A stretch of 63,414 bases of DNA, counting the filler, from Lenisia limosa (Eukaryota > Protista > Breviatea): assembly GCA_001655205.1 (NCBI GenBank). It is 9 parts of 9 records of this genome, joined end to end, with 100 filler letters (N's around TTAATTAATTAA, not from the genome) between each part and the next. Parts side by side here need not be neighbours in the genome. Positions count along the whole stretch, not along the records: positions 30,531 to 55,720 come from LPNZ01005821.1; positions 55,821 to 57,044 come from LPNZ01003567.1; positions 57,145 to 58,414 come from LPNZ01004336.1; positions 58,515 to 62,178 come from LPNZ01002519.1; 5 more parts are not named here. The stretch is one strand, 5' to 3'. Below the pieces are notes generated by a model. The model was not told the DNA's origin, did no database searches, and worked only from the letters and a program-made list of their open reading frames with translations. Below are positions 49,400 through 61,096 of this stretch, one piece after another. The translations under genes were made by a program, and so were the position numbers. Each line of letters starts with the position of its first letter. Position 1 is the first letter of the stretch.

Positions 49400-52340
49400 A
49401 CGTGCGGGAGGAAGCTTTTTCTGGACGCTCTTCTCTCACTCGCTTCCGCGCATTATACTACTACTTCCTTATGTGCAGCAGAGGAGGGTGAGTTATGGAG
49501 AGAGGGGAAGGGCAAGAGCAAATGCCCCACACGCCCATGAATATTTTTTTTTATAAATGACTGAATTTTCATGCTTTCATGCTTCAACCAACATCCCCAG
49601 ATTATTGATGCATTAAAGTTCAAAGTTTAAAGTTCAACCAGGCTTCAACATCAATGCTATTCGGACTCATATAATATCATTAAAAATTAATTAATTAAAT
49701 GAATTTCAGCGAGTATGTTGTTCCACAGCGGTTTGTTCCGCAGAAAACGCACGTCCCTCCACCAAAGCCCTCTCCAGCCAAACCGTCGAGACAAACCGTA
49801 GATAAGGCCGCAGCTTATCAGAAATATGTGAGTTAACTATTATTTACTTGTTTGGGATGCGTTCAATGGACCCCCCCCCCACCCCTCTCGCCCCTCTCTT
49901 TTCTTAGTCATTGAGACTCTCAATGATAATTTGCTCTTTAACACATGATGGTGGACAGCTTTGGTCTGATATTCCCATCAACTTGTAAAAATGAAGGGAT
50001 TTAAATGACTGAGTCGATTGACGTCTCTTTTATTTTTTTATTTTTTTTTGATACGCTTCCCGTTTATTGACTCTCTGCTAACAATTTGCTCTTTAACACA
50101 TGATGGTGGACAACTTCAGCTTGATGTTCCCATTTATATATATCATCCTTTAGGACTACTTGAAACCTCCGTCATCCATACCTCTGGAGCCGCACCAGCC
50201 CTCAAAACGCGTCATTGTTACGAAACAGCCTGCTGTGCGTCGGGTGGATTGTTTTATGTTTTCTTAAGGCAATAAAGCCCCTTTTTATTGATTACCAACT
50301 TCTTTTATTGTTCAGAATGTGAGTTGATGATTCACGTCAAAGAAGCACTCTTTGATGTTGATCCAATGTGTATTATGTTTGGCCTCAACCTTCCATTATA
50401 ATCTTCAGTCTTATTTTCAGCATTATTTCTTTCATTTTTATCTTCAATTATCCTTTTTTTGACCAGTTTCTTCTGATTTGTTGAGAAAGATAAACAATAA
50501 ACACATATCACTACCTACCTATCAACTTTTTTTTATTATTATGAGAGAATGCTGCTGTTAACGGGTCAGGGAGGCGTTCAAGCCCTTCTCGATAGAGCGG
50601 CGCGTGATCAGCCCAAGTTGAGTCAAGGCAAACTGAGGGAGTTCTCAGCTGACGACATGTATAAGGATTGGAACTTCTTAACCCACCCCGGAGGAAACAA
50701 TCCCAAGGTAGGAAAGTCTTAAGTCGGTACATGGCTATCATGATGGTTTAATCCTCAATATATAGTACGCAGGGTGGGGAGGGCATTCATAAATAACAGT
50801 CCATTACGTTGTGATCTGTACTATAAAACTGTGTACTGGATGAATGAACAACACTGTAGACATAATCCTAGTTTGGTCTTATAGTTTACGCCAAATTAGG
50901 CTCAAGTTGGCGCAAAGGTGCAGAGATCAACACGCAAACTCACACCTATGTCCAACCAAGGCAACTTCGGGACGGGGTTGTCGGGTCTTGGAGGAGTGGG
51001 TAGTGAAGCATCTTCACCAAGTGGCAACTCAGCTCGAATGCAGACGATTGGGCAGAGGAATCAAAGTTGTGAGTGGCTTGTCACAACCTTTAATATTTCA
51101 TATTGCTACATTTTCATTTTAGTGGGAGAGTATTGTTTTAACGCAATACGAAAACGGGTCGTTTTAGTGAAAATCTATAACGAACAATACTATTATTGTC
51201 TATCTACTTCGTCATAGTTTGATATTCTTATTATTAGCGGTGTTTTCATCCGACCCTGAGCCAGCCTTCCGACCCTCAAAGCGAACCACCATTCCAGCCT
51301 TTACTTATTAGAATCATTCATGGTTTTGTACACTAGTTTTGATATGTACTTTATTTACAGCCATCGAATTGTTAAATGATTGCAGTTTGGACTTTAAATT
51401 TCAGAATTGATCCCCGGGCTCTCTAATCATTCGCTTTACCAGAGTGCAACAGTAAGTTAGTCACAGCTCTCCTGAGGGAAACTTCGGAGGAACAAGACTA
51501 CTACCTTAAGCGCGCGCTCTTTAGATGGAACAACAAATAAACACTACATATATCATATACTAATACGTAAAACTGCAGTTTGTCTTGAGCTACAGTGTCA
51601 TCGTGGCTCCAAAGGAAGCTACGGGGGAGGCTGAAGCATCAAAATCTTTTTCATGTAACTTTGAAATTTTGAGCTCTGAATGAGTCAACCAATACCCATT
51701 CCATAAAAATATTACTTCAACATGAGGCTTCAGAAGAATCTACAGTGCCAACTTGGAAAGAGAACTGAACTTTGAGGTCTATACTTGCTCCACCTTAATT
51801 GGCCAACGACTGACTAAAGTGTCAATTATAATACCAAATCAAATAAGGAATACCACGGGTACAAGCATATCATATCAATAAGTGACCCTCCCCGCTCCCC
51901 TCCAACTAATGGGTACGCCTGCTTTCAGACAGCTCTTCAAACGTTGGCGCAATGTAGGGCTGGAAAGGGGGAATAAGAAAGTAATGCATCATGCCATCTC
52001 CTGAGGTAAAAAAAACACACCCTCCACCAAGACGGCTCCACGCATGCACAGTAACCTTGATGTGGTTTGCAATGGGACCAATGACTGAGGTGCACTCATT
52101 TCACTGCAAGAGGAGTTATTTCAACAAAAACAAGTGAATTAGGAGACACACCGCCTGCACACCGTTCTCATAAACAATATACTATATATCATACGATATA
52201 CCATGCCTGAGAATTTACTTTCGAAGTTTCAGAATGAAGGAGGCCCGGACAATGACAACTATTTGGCCCAAAAAGGGAGCTGTCACACGTCCATTGCACC
52301 TATGTCCAATGAAGAACACTCTATGGGAGAGTCGACCATG
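49400..52340 (+). CDS. One or more unassigned plus-strand multi-exon genes
   Basis: Exon-like segments ~49710-49828 (EYVVPQRFVPQKTHVPPPKPSP), ~50151-50231, ~50317-50367, ~50925-51068 and ~51580-51654. No domain recognised with confidence. Confidence 0.35.
51412..51505 (-). rRNA. Isolated ~95-bp fragment of eukaryotic 28S (LSU) rRNA, not a full gene
   Basis: Minus strand GTAGTAGTCTTGTTCCTCCGAAGTTTCCCTCAGGAGAGC...GGTAAAGCGAATGATTAGAG..CCGGGG matches the conserved LSU core CTAGTAGCTGGTTCC..CCGAAGTTTCCCTCAGGATAGC...GGTAAAGCGAATGATTAGAG. Flanks are not rRNA-like. Confidence 0.72.
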
Positions 52341-52719
52341 CATTTGGTGAACAAACCAGTAGGTGGAGCCCAAAATCCATGTTTAATTATACTACCAATG
52401 ACAAAATGACCTCGATTCTGTGGAATTATTAAATGTTTGTCGTTGTGCCCAGCAAAAAATACGGATTACGGATTTTTCTTCTCGTTTTAGAGGCTCTCAA
52501 TCTGTGCCCTTACGACGCCCTACCACCAGCTACCACCCTACCGTAGCAGAATCAGCATGGGGTGTAGAGATTATGGAGGAGATTTTTTTTTCTTGAAAAG
52601 TATACGGGCAAGAAGGGACAAAAGTTAACGGTAGTCTACTCTACAGCAAGGCAGGAAAATACCCATCAGAGTCTTTATGAAAAAGAAGAAATCTAACCTG
52701 AAAAAAAAGGTGTCATGAG

Positions 52720-52775
52720 AGGTCACACCGGGAATCGAATTGGTTCAAACCAGGCCTATTGGCATTACTCAAATC
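52720..52775 (-). pseudogene. tRNA-like relic (Gln-TTG-like 3' half)
   Basis: Minus strand ...CCTGGTTTGAACCAATTCGATTCCCGGTGTGACCT: T-arm TTCGATTCC, anticodon-arm-like CTGG-TTTGAA-CCA, and a T8 run ~12 nt downstream. The 5' acceptor strand and D arm are degraded. Confidence 0.35.
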
Positions 52776-53239
52776 CGAATAATGTCCCCCCACCAGATCT
52801 CTCCTAAGGTGGTGCTGATTCTGAAAACGTCTCTTTTATAATCACTTTATTTCAATAGTCGCGAGGAAGCAACAAAAAGAGGAGGCTCATTCTAAAAAGG
52901 GTAAAGTAGTATAGAGTTCAACCTATCACCAAGCTGCATGAAAAGCAGCTAAGCTATGGCGCTGGGTGAACAATATATATTTTTTATTCCAACCGGGATG
53001 ATAATCCCTCCTACTCTCCTACTAAGCAACTACACCACAGTTTTGATGAAAGAAAGGAGAAGGTTGGGAGAAGGCGTGTAAGGATGGCTGGCGAACGGGC
53101 TGGCTTTGGGGCAATTCTTATGACAAACGATGCGTGGAGGGGGGGTGCTAAGAGTTTGGGGTGGTAACGCCCGCCGGGCTGGGTTGTAAACCAGGTATTC
53201 CGATTGGAGTCCAAAGGGAACATCATTGGTTATCATCAT

Positions 53240-55720
53240 CTACCGATCATCAACCCACCATCCACCTATCTAGCATTTGGAGTCTGTAGCCAGATGCATT
53301 GGAATCCCTGAAATCTTTGCCCTGGAATTTTTTCTATGAAATATCCCGAACTGTGGCGAGTATCGAGACAGGGATGCATCTGGGCAGAGCTGTGTGTAGG
53401 CAATTAAGTTGGCTGCAATAGCAAGCGATGAGCGACAGTGTGGAAAGGGTTGCCTTGCCATAGTTTTTGAAGTAGGGGACGGTAACCAGGAATGGTTTCT
53501 TCTGAGTTTTAGACCATATAAGTCGTACGTGGAGGAAGGACAGGGGCTGCAGTGAGCGTCGGTGTGTTGAGCGAGGCTGATGTCACTCGTGGTGGGAAAG
53601 CGCGAGGAAGTCGTCTTCGGCAAAAGTTTGCCTTTTCTGACCGCTCCGGTGAACAAAATCTAGGCCGTGGCGGCAAATGGGAAGTTGTTTGCTCCGGCCG
53701 CGGAATCATGAGAGAGCCCATGAGCCCCGGGCTGATGTGGATTGGTCTCCCGGATTTGCCGAAGGAGAGGCGCTTGTAGACCTTGAGCATGGTTGTGGGT
53801 TTAGTGGTGGAAAGATGAGGCCCTTTTGGACCATAACTAGTTTGAGGGCCGCAATGTATTGGTGGACCGTCTTATGTGAGCCTACGGTAAGAGCACAAGA
53901 GGAAATGAAGGACTGAAGGGTTTCCTTGGAGGGGGGCCAAGGGTTATGTGCAAGCGATTTGCACAAGTGGACGTAGCGGCTAGCGACGTTTTTGTATTGC
54001 TGTTGAGAGGACGTGGCGACGGAGTTTGAAGACAGGGTGTTTCTGATAGACGAGAGGAATTCGCGCGCTTCAGCGGGGGACTTCCCGACGAGAGAGGGGG
54101 GAGTTGTTTAGCTGATGCCCCCGGCAGACCCGCTCGAGCCCCCCCCCCGAGTCCCCGCGTCGACTCATTCCTCAAGCCATGATAGATGGTCGATGTCTAT
54201 GATTTTGAGGGACAGAAGTGGACTCTGTTTACGACGGGACACAGCATTGGCAATGGTGTTATTCTCAGTAGAGATCCAGCAGATGGTGAGGTCAATCTCG
54301 TGTCGGATGGACAGTAGGACCAGACCAGAATCCTAGGTCGGATTGGTCTTAAGTCGGAGTTTCGGTCAAAAATCCGACTTAGGCTTACTTTTTATTATCG
54401 TTGTTTTGAGTTAGAATTTGAAAATGGTTACATTTTTTGCTTTCAAAATAGATGAAAATTAGTAATATGAATAATAATATTAAAAATTATTTGAAGTATA
54501 TGTGTTTTTTTGATGGTTAGTATGATAGAAAGTGACCAAAGACCCATTTCAAAATCCTTTATTCGGAGTTCGGAGTTTTGAAATGGAATTCCGGAGTTCT
54601 TAAGTCGGATTCTGGTCAAGTCCTAATGGACAGCTGCAGGGCTTGGTGTATGATCTCGTTGAGGACCGGGTCGCGGCCCGGAGCTTCTTCCACGCTGCGA
54701 CAACCGAAACGTTGTCGCATGCCAGGCACAAAGGTTTGCCCTTGAAGATGTGGCCCCAGAGGGAGATTGCTGCGAGAATGGGCCACACTCCTTGATGTGG
54801 CAGAGGGGTCGGGTGGAGACGCTTTAAAAGCGGATCTCGGGTTTCCACAGTTAGGACACCACCAAGGAGGCCACAGCCGGCGGCGTCAGTGCAGATGTCA
54901 GCCTCATATTGGTTCGAGATGTCAAACGACGTGACGGACAGGAGGCGCTGTTCGGATCACGAGGGTTTGGACAGGAAGTTGTGGAACGTTTCGAGGTCTC
55001 TCGCTTGGGGGGAAGTTTGACTGCGAACTTAGAGCGACCGGAGACTGCCAGCATGGCTAAAACAGACGTAAGAGTGTGTTTCAGGTTTAGAGCCGCAGTG
55101 ACCGCCCAATTCATTTGGCCGGCGACCGTTTGGAGCGTGTTACGGGAGACTAACTCAGTGGAGAGAGTCTCGCAGATGGAGCGGGTGTATTTGAAGCGGA
55201 AAGCATTAGGGAGGAAAAAGATAGTTCTGTTGACAGCGATAGTGGTGTCTCCGACGCCAAGAAGGGTGAGGATGTTTGTAGTTGGGGCCACCTTCTATGG
55301 CTTGGGGGATGTCGATTGCAAACCACGTCATGGATAGCGATTTCAGCGGCGAGAGAAGATGTGTGAGCGGTGAAGAAGTCATCCAGGTAGCAGCCCAAGG
55401 TGTCAATGGTGACCCTGGGAGATGACACAGAGGGGAGTGTTAAGGCCTGGGCCGAAAGAGGGGATTTTGTTCGGCCTAAGGTGGCCGGACAAAATCTGCG
55501 CCAAATGAACAGCATGGCAAGGGAAAAGTGATGGAAGGATTCGGTGTGGCCGAAGGGGAGGCGTAAGTAACAGACAAGTGTACCCTTGGGGGTTTTGAAA
55601 CCCAGAACGAAGGATTGTCGATGAGTCATCAGGCCATGGATCGGAACCAATCGCGGAAGAGTTGTCCCCTGAAGGGGGAGTATGTGGCCTAATACCACCG
55701 ACGGGTGCTAAGGGATGGGT
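53240..55720 (-). mobile_element. Degenerate DIRS/Ngaro-type tyrosine-recombinase retrotransposon (RT - RNase H - YR); 5' end lost at contig spacer
   Basis: RT: YLRLPFG (~55550) and CYLDDFF (~55380). RNase H: CTDAAGCG, AAISLWG..F.GK....ACDNVSVV, and WISTENNTIANAVSR. YR: VATSSQQQYKNV...PWPPSKETLQSFI, FTGAVRKG, PTSKT and LQMLDRW. Multiple frameshifts. No methyltransferase seen between RH and YR. Confidence 0.88.
54315..54625. mobile_element. 311-bp hAT-type MITE inserted in the retroelement RNase H domain
   Basis: Perfect 8-bp TSD ATGGACAG (54307-54314 and 54626-54633); 19-bp TIR TAGGAC(CA/TT)GACCAGAATCC; subterminal AAGTCGGA repeats. Removing it with one TSD copy restores LQLSIRHEIDLTICWISTENN. 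Confidence 0.88.
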
Positions 55721-56588
55721 NNNNNNNNNNNNNNNNNNNNNNNNNNNNNNNNNNNNNNNNNNNNTTAATTAATTAANNNNNNNNNNNNNNNNNNNNNNNN
55801 NNNNNNNNNNNNNNNNNNNNAACACAATTTGTCCATAGATGTGACACACCCCACGGCTGGATACAACAAAACAAACACAGCCATAGGCCAATAACTTCAA
55901 CTAGTGTTTATAAAAACCCCAAGTCAATGCGCCGTAGTGTTCATGAGAATCCCAAGTCAATGCTCTCTAGACCCACCTTTGTGCGAGGTTTGCCGGGATT
56001 GAAACGCCACCAGTTGGACGTCTGAGAAATCCTCCTGGAGTTGCAATGAATGGGTGGGAAACTGAGAAAGCAATATGATACTATGAGTGAATATAAGTAG
56101 GGCTTCCCTCCGGTCCCAAAAAGACCAGCTAAATATCGAAATTGATCGAGGACTGTCTCTATAGATCTAGTTATTCATAGATAGGGACAAAAACCCGACA
56201 ACTAAGCCTTCTGTGTATTGTGTTTGTTGGAAAAAAAAAAAAAAAAAAAANNNNNNNNNNNNNNNNNNNNNNNNNNNNNNNNNNNNNNNNNNNNNNNNNN
56301 NNNNNNNNNNNNNNNNCTTAGGAAGCCCTTCTTTGTTGAAATTCCTCAGGTTCAGAGTATAGAACTGCCACCCCAGACGAGCCGTTGGAACAGGTGAAAC
56401 AAAATTTCCGTCTTGAGCTTGCAGTACAATTGACAGTTCAGAATCTAGACTTATGAAAAACTGAAATCTGAGAGGGAAAAAGAATCAACCAGGGTTCGAA
56501 TGTAATTGCTCTCATAAAATTACGTCCCACCAACGCACTTCTAAAGAATCGGTGCAATTAACTAATTTACATGTATATGCCGCAAGTT

Positions 56589-56675
56589 GAGCTTCACTGA
56601 TCGAAAAAGAACGCATCGATATATTTCGAGGATTTATCGAGAAATTCAGTCTTTTTCCAGATTGCGGTGAAGCCC
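56589..56675. mobile_element. Palindromic MITE copy
   Basis: GAGCTTCAC...TCGAGGATTTATCGAGAAATTCAGTCTTTTT...GGTGAAGCCC. A half copy lies at 56100-56152. Confidence 0.7.
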
Positions 56676-57337
56676 TCTCAAAAGAGAGTCAACCAGGCAC
56701 ACCTTCTTGTAAGGCTGAATAGAGCCAAAATGACAGCGATGTGAAGGTAGACCAGTCGTGCGCTGTAGACTTCAACTCCAACGCAGCTGTTCTGGACATA
56801 ATTAGGAATTGGGGCTGTATTTCGGATTCCGGAGCTGTGATTGCTGGGAGTAAGATCCGCCAGGTGCGGAGGCTCAAATCTCAGTAATCTATATGATAAC
56901 ACTTCAATTGAAAGTTGCAGGAAATAAAAATAAAAAAAAGAGGAAGCTCTCAAGAAACCTCAGAAACACAGCAGAAACGAGTGAATTATTGGTGAGCGAT
57001 TTGAACGAAATAGCGGAAATTTAACGAGGCTTTTAAAATTTTAGNNNNNNNNNNNNNNNNNNNNNNNNNNNNNNNNNNNNNNNNNNNNTTAATTAATTAA
57101 NNNNNNNNNNNNNNNNNNNNNNNNNNNNNNNNNNNNNNNNNNNNTCGCCGTCTTGTAGGCGGGATATAACCTGGGGGTTATTACAGGTTTTAGGAGGGGA
57201 TATAGGATCTAACCTGCTTTGGGGGTTTATTCATTAAGGATCTAGATTGGGGGTTGTTGAGGGGTGTTATGATGGAGAACTTGATGAAAGAAAGAAAAAC
57301 ATACAATTAACTATACATATGTCACTTTCTTTGTGTG

Positions 57338-58010
57338 CCCCCCCCCACTTGATGAGGAAGGAGCTTCTCTAACAGCTCTGTGGCCTTGCGTTTGAGCGAG
57401 ATTTCCGTTCTTTGAGTGTCTTGCATTACTGAAACCATAGTGTTGACGTCCATCGCAAATCGACCTGGAGTGTAAGGGGAATGGATGATGGATGGATCTG
57501 AAAGGGAGAAATAAGAAACAGAGGATCTCGTATATTATATAGCAATGAGAAAAAGAAAAACAAGGTTGTATCTGGCCGAAGCCGTTCACACCATCACGCT
57601 TAAGAGATATTGGATTATAGTACAATAATAATTCACCCGGTCGTTTGCCTTGCAACTCTGTACACACAGGTGCATGCGTGCCTCCCCCACCTCCGACTAA
57701 TTCACGCTCAACCCCTAATCCACTCATCTACTCAAAAAAAAAAATTCACCAAGAAAAATCTACCCCACCGCCCCCTTAAGAACATATTTTGGGACTCTTC
57801 AGACCCCCCACACACACACACAAAAACACACAGAAAGACACACACATCCACAGAAACACCACAGAAACACACACAATGATAAAGTACAAAGTAGTTTATC
57901 TCTATTTTCATATCATCTTCCACGCTCAACTCTCCCCCACCAATTTCATCTCGGGACTTGACATTTAGGAACATATTTCGGGACTCCTCGTTTCCGAATT
58001 CCTCACTGGT
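57338..58010 (-). CDS. Internal exons of an unassigned gene
   Basis: GT-AG bounded segments YTTSEEFGNEESRNMFLNVKSRDEI and RFAMDVNTMVSVMQDTQRTEISLKRKATELLEKLLPHQ. Confidence 0.35.
57535..57692 (-). repeat. ~200-bp dispersed repeat family with a GGC-TTCG-GCC hairpin (most complete copy)
   Basis: Shared blocks GGGGAGGCA(T)GCA, CAGAGTTG..AGG.AAA.GA, ATCCAATATCT, AGCGTGATGGTG, ACGGCTTCGGCCAGATACA and TTTCTCATTGCTATATA. Other copies at 7801-7910(+), 23079-23234(-), 30531-30595(+), 58090-58212(-) and 63268-63404(+). Confidence 0.8.
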
Positions 58011-58816
58011 TGTGTACTGAGAAATTTGGGCGACCTAGGGGGGGGGGGTGAGTAAAAATGGGAAAAAATAGACTCTAAATAATAAAAACCATATTAAATA
58101 ATAAGGTTGTATCTGGCCTAAGCCATCCACACCATCAAGCTTATCAGAGATATTGAATTATAGTATTAATTCACTCAATTATTTGCCTTATAGCTATGTG
58201 CACTCTGCATGCCGCTGTAGAAATGAGACAAAAATAAGAGTATCAGGCCGATACATATATAGATATTTTAACGGTCTTTTTCGGACCGTAGGGAAGACTT
58301 GGTAATACCTTCCCACCTGGTGGCCCAGAGACGTGACTTTGTAAATGACTGAAAATTCAAGGAGGACTAGGATCAAAACGAAGAAGAGCAGGAAGATAGC
58401 TCCAACTCCTGGGGNNNNNNNNNNNNNNNNNNNNNNNNNNNNNNNNNNNNNNNNNNNNTTAATTAATTAANNNNNNNNNNNNNNNNNNNNNNNNNNNNNN
58501 NNNNNNNNNNNNNNTATTGTTGAATGTGGCCTTTTATGACGGTTTTTGTGTGTTTTTGACAGTATTTGGGCCATAACCAGAGAGCTTAGGTCTTAATTTA
58601 GTTTAGACCCAACGAAATGAAATAGGCATTTCACCCTTTGATTAACTTTCGAAAACAAAAGGAAAATCGGGTTTCTGATGATTTTATATGGACAACTCAA
58701 GCTGTCCGGGAGTTTTGATGCGTCTGGTGAATTTTGAATCCTCAAATATTACCTCTCCGGAAAATTCTTTATCGAAGTTTCCTTCGTTTTACCTCTAGTA
58801 TTTACCCCCCCCCCCA

Positions 58817-59586
58817 GCGGCTCAACAGCACAACTGAAGAATCAACGGGGACTGATGATTGTACGCAGTGCAGCAAATGCCCAAATTGCAGGGCGCTTTT
58901 CGACCATCTTCGACTTACTAACGCCAATCTCAAAATCAAAAACAGAATGCTGCAAAAGGTGGGGGGTCTATGGTGGCTTTTTCTGGACAACAGATAACAT
59001 ATTGCAATCTTATAACTATTTATTTTTATTGTAAAAAAAAGGGGGGGGGGTGGCAAACGGTTATGCACCCTCTAATTCACAGGTAGCCGCGTATTTTCAG
59101 AATGTCTGGATAAACCCTTGATATCGATAAATCCCCAATAAATTAAATTTCTCCGTCTTTCTTGTTTTTTTTTGGCTATCTTCTGAGCTCTGTTGGGATT
59201 GGTGGGACTATAGACTTAGTTTTGTGGGGCAACATTCTTTATTCCCTAAAAATACGACCCATTAGTAAAAAACATCATGCTGTCCACAGATTGTTGCAAA
59301 AACATCGCTAACCAGACAGAATCCTTGTACAAGTGCCCAAGGCTCACCCTCGACTCACAGCAGCCGTCATACCATAATGCAGGTATTGAGTGGTTGATTC
59401 CGGAGGGTTTTTTTTTATGTGTATGTTTCATAAATTATCCACTTTTACCCTCTAGGCCTCAGGAGCATCCAACCCAGCCTGGAAATTTGCCCGGGACGAA
59501 TTCAAACCGTCCGCAGCCTCCGGGCCATATAGCCGCTTCCGAGCCGACAGCACCGAATCCCCGCGGCCGCGACAGAATAGTGGGTG
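58817..59586 (+). CDS. 3' exons of an unassigned gene (CxxC-x-CxxC then coiled-coil-like)
   Basis: Exon ~58817-58957 reads DDCTQCSKCPNCRALFDHLRLTNANLKIKNRMLQK, followed by phase-0 exons ~59289-59381 and ~59456-59586 ending in TGA. Confidence 0.35.
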
Positions 59587-59781
59587 ATTTCAGATAGAAT
59601 AGTGGGTGTGCTTTTTAGAGTGACAGGTGACCTTTCCATGAAGCCAATTAGTGTATTCCGGCTTGTTAAAAAAAAAATCATCTGTAGTTGATTAATTGTT
59701 TCAACAGACACTAAAATAATCATATGACCCATCCCATTTTTAGATGAGTCCCCCCCCCCCTTTTTTTTTGTATGAAATGTA

Positions 59782-59859
59782 CACTAACCGCGATACGTCC
59801 TGACAAAGATATTGAACTTTATCTTTAGTCAATCGTGTCAGACCTTACCACGGTCAGTG
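59782..59859. mobile_element. 78-bp mini-MITE with the same ends as the 30745-31735 Tc1 element
   Basis: TA|CACTAACCGCGATACGTCCTGAC...GTCAGACCTTACCACGGTCAGTG|TA. Solo ends also at ~2104-2122 and ~6011-6034. Confidence 0.8.
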
Positions 59860-60282
59860 TATTTTCTTGTCCTCAAAAATATATTATTATTTTTTATTTA
59901 TTTTTTGCAGTAAGTCTCTCTTGAAACTAGGGTCATAAAGATCCAGCAGCAACCTGCGATCAAAAAAAAACAAATAGAAGTCACCCATTTAGGCAGTCAC
60001 AAGGCAAAAGCCCCTGTACCCCCCGCAGGGCCGATCGATGCAATATTGGAGGACGTTGCCACCCCCGTAGTCCGGGGAAGGTGGGTGTATGGGTAAACGA
60101 TTTACACGTGAACTGCAGATTTCAGGAATCGTTTTCAACATTTTTTTTTTTTTTTCCCTACTTAACTGGGTTGTCTAGTACTGTTCAAAGTCATATCACC
60201 CTATTACTTTTAGGGACATTTTAAGAACTATCATTTTCTATGCAATGATATGTTACATCTTATTATCATCGTTAACCCCTTA

Positions 60283-60368
60283 CCATCTTTAAATGTGTCA
60301 TTACCTTGTCATTATCATCTTTAAATGTGTCATTATCATCTTTAAACGTGTCATTATCATCTTTAAAC
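60283..60368. repeat. 21-bp tandem repeat (ATCATCTTTAAATGTGTCATT) x3-4
   Basis: Direct inspection; continues into a degenerate ATC/ACC-rich tract to ~60500. Confidence 0.8.
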
Positions 60369-61096
60369 AGGATAATCGTTAATTCTTATCATTGTTTAGC
60401 AACCCCATCAACATCTTTAGCCATCCTATCACCATCTAACCATTATCTTCTTTCACCATTATCATCTTTTTATCACCATCTAACCATTATCATCTATAAC
60501 CGCCTCTTAGATCCCGATCCCTCACCGCCCTGGAGTCCCCAGCCCCCCTCAGGAGCATGTCAAGGAAGAAATCGATAGCCAAAGTGGCGCTGGCGCCCCG
60601 AGGAGTTGCGTGTCCCTCCACCGGTGAAATCTCTGAACTTCATAGTCGTGGGTTTTCATGGGGAAGCGATTATGCTGGTTCACTCGTGGTGGAAATTCTA
60701 CAAAATAAACTAAATTTTAGAAAATAAGCTTATTCACTAGAAACAGTGCTTTTCATCGAACACTGATTTGTTCTTATGGCTGTACATGTATTGTTTTGTT
60801 TCCCCTAGATTATAGTTAATAATACAGATGTATATATCGATATACATATACTATATATTTCTAGACAAAACATTAATCACGGGACAAAACTGTGAATCAC
60901 TTGTTTTTGAAAATACTATATGCTTGTTCTTGTTTTATTTCTGGTTTTAACATAAAGCGTTCATTTTTACCTATTTTCAATTCAAAAAAAGTTCTCTCCC
61001 AGTAAGCATCACTTATTGTTTGTGAATGTGAAAATGAATTAAATCCCAATTCAAAGATACAAAAAAAAGACAAAGAACATTACAGAAAAAAACACA

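Noticed and set aside
51735-51820. C2-domain-like words (PTWKE, LNFEVY..LIG)
   Set aside because: They lie in different frames with no room for an intron, so the evidence is insufficient.
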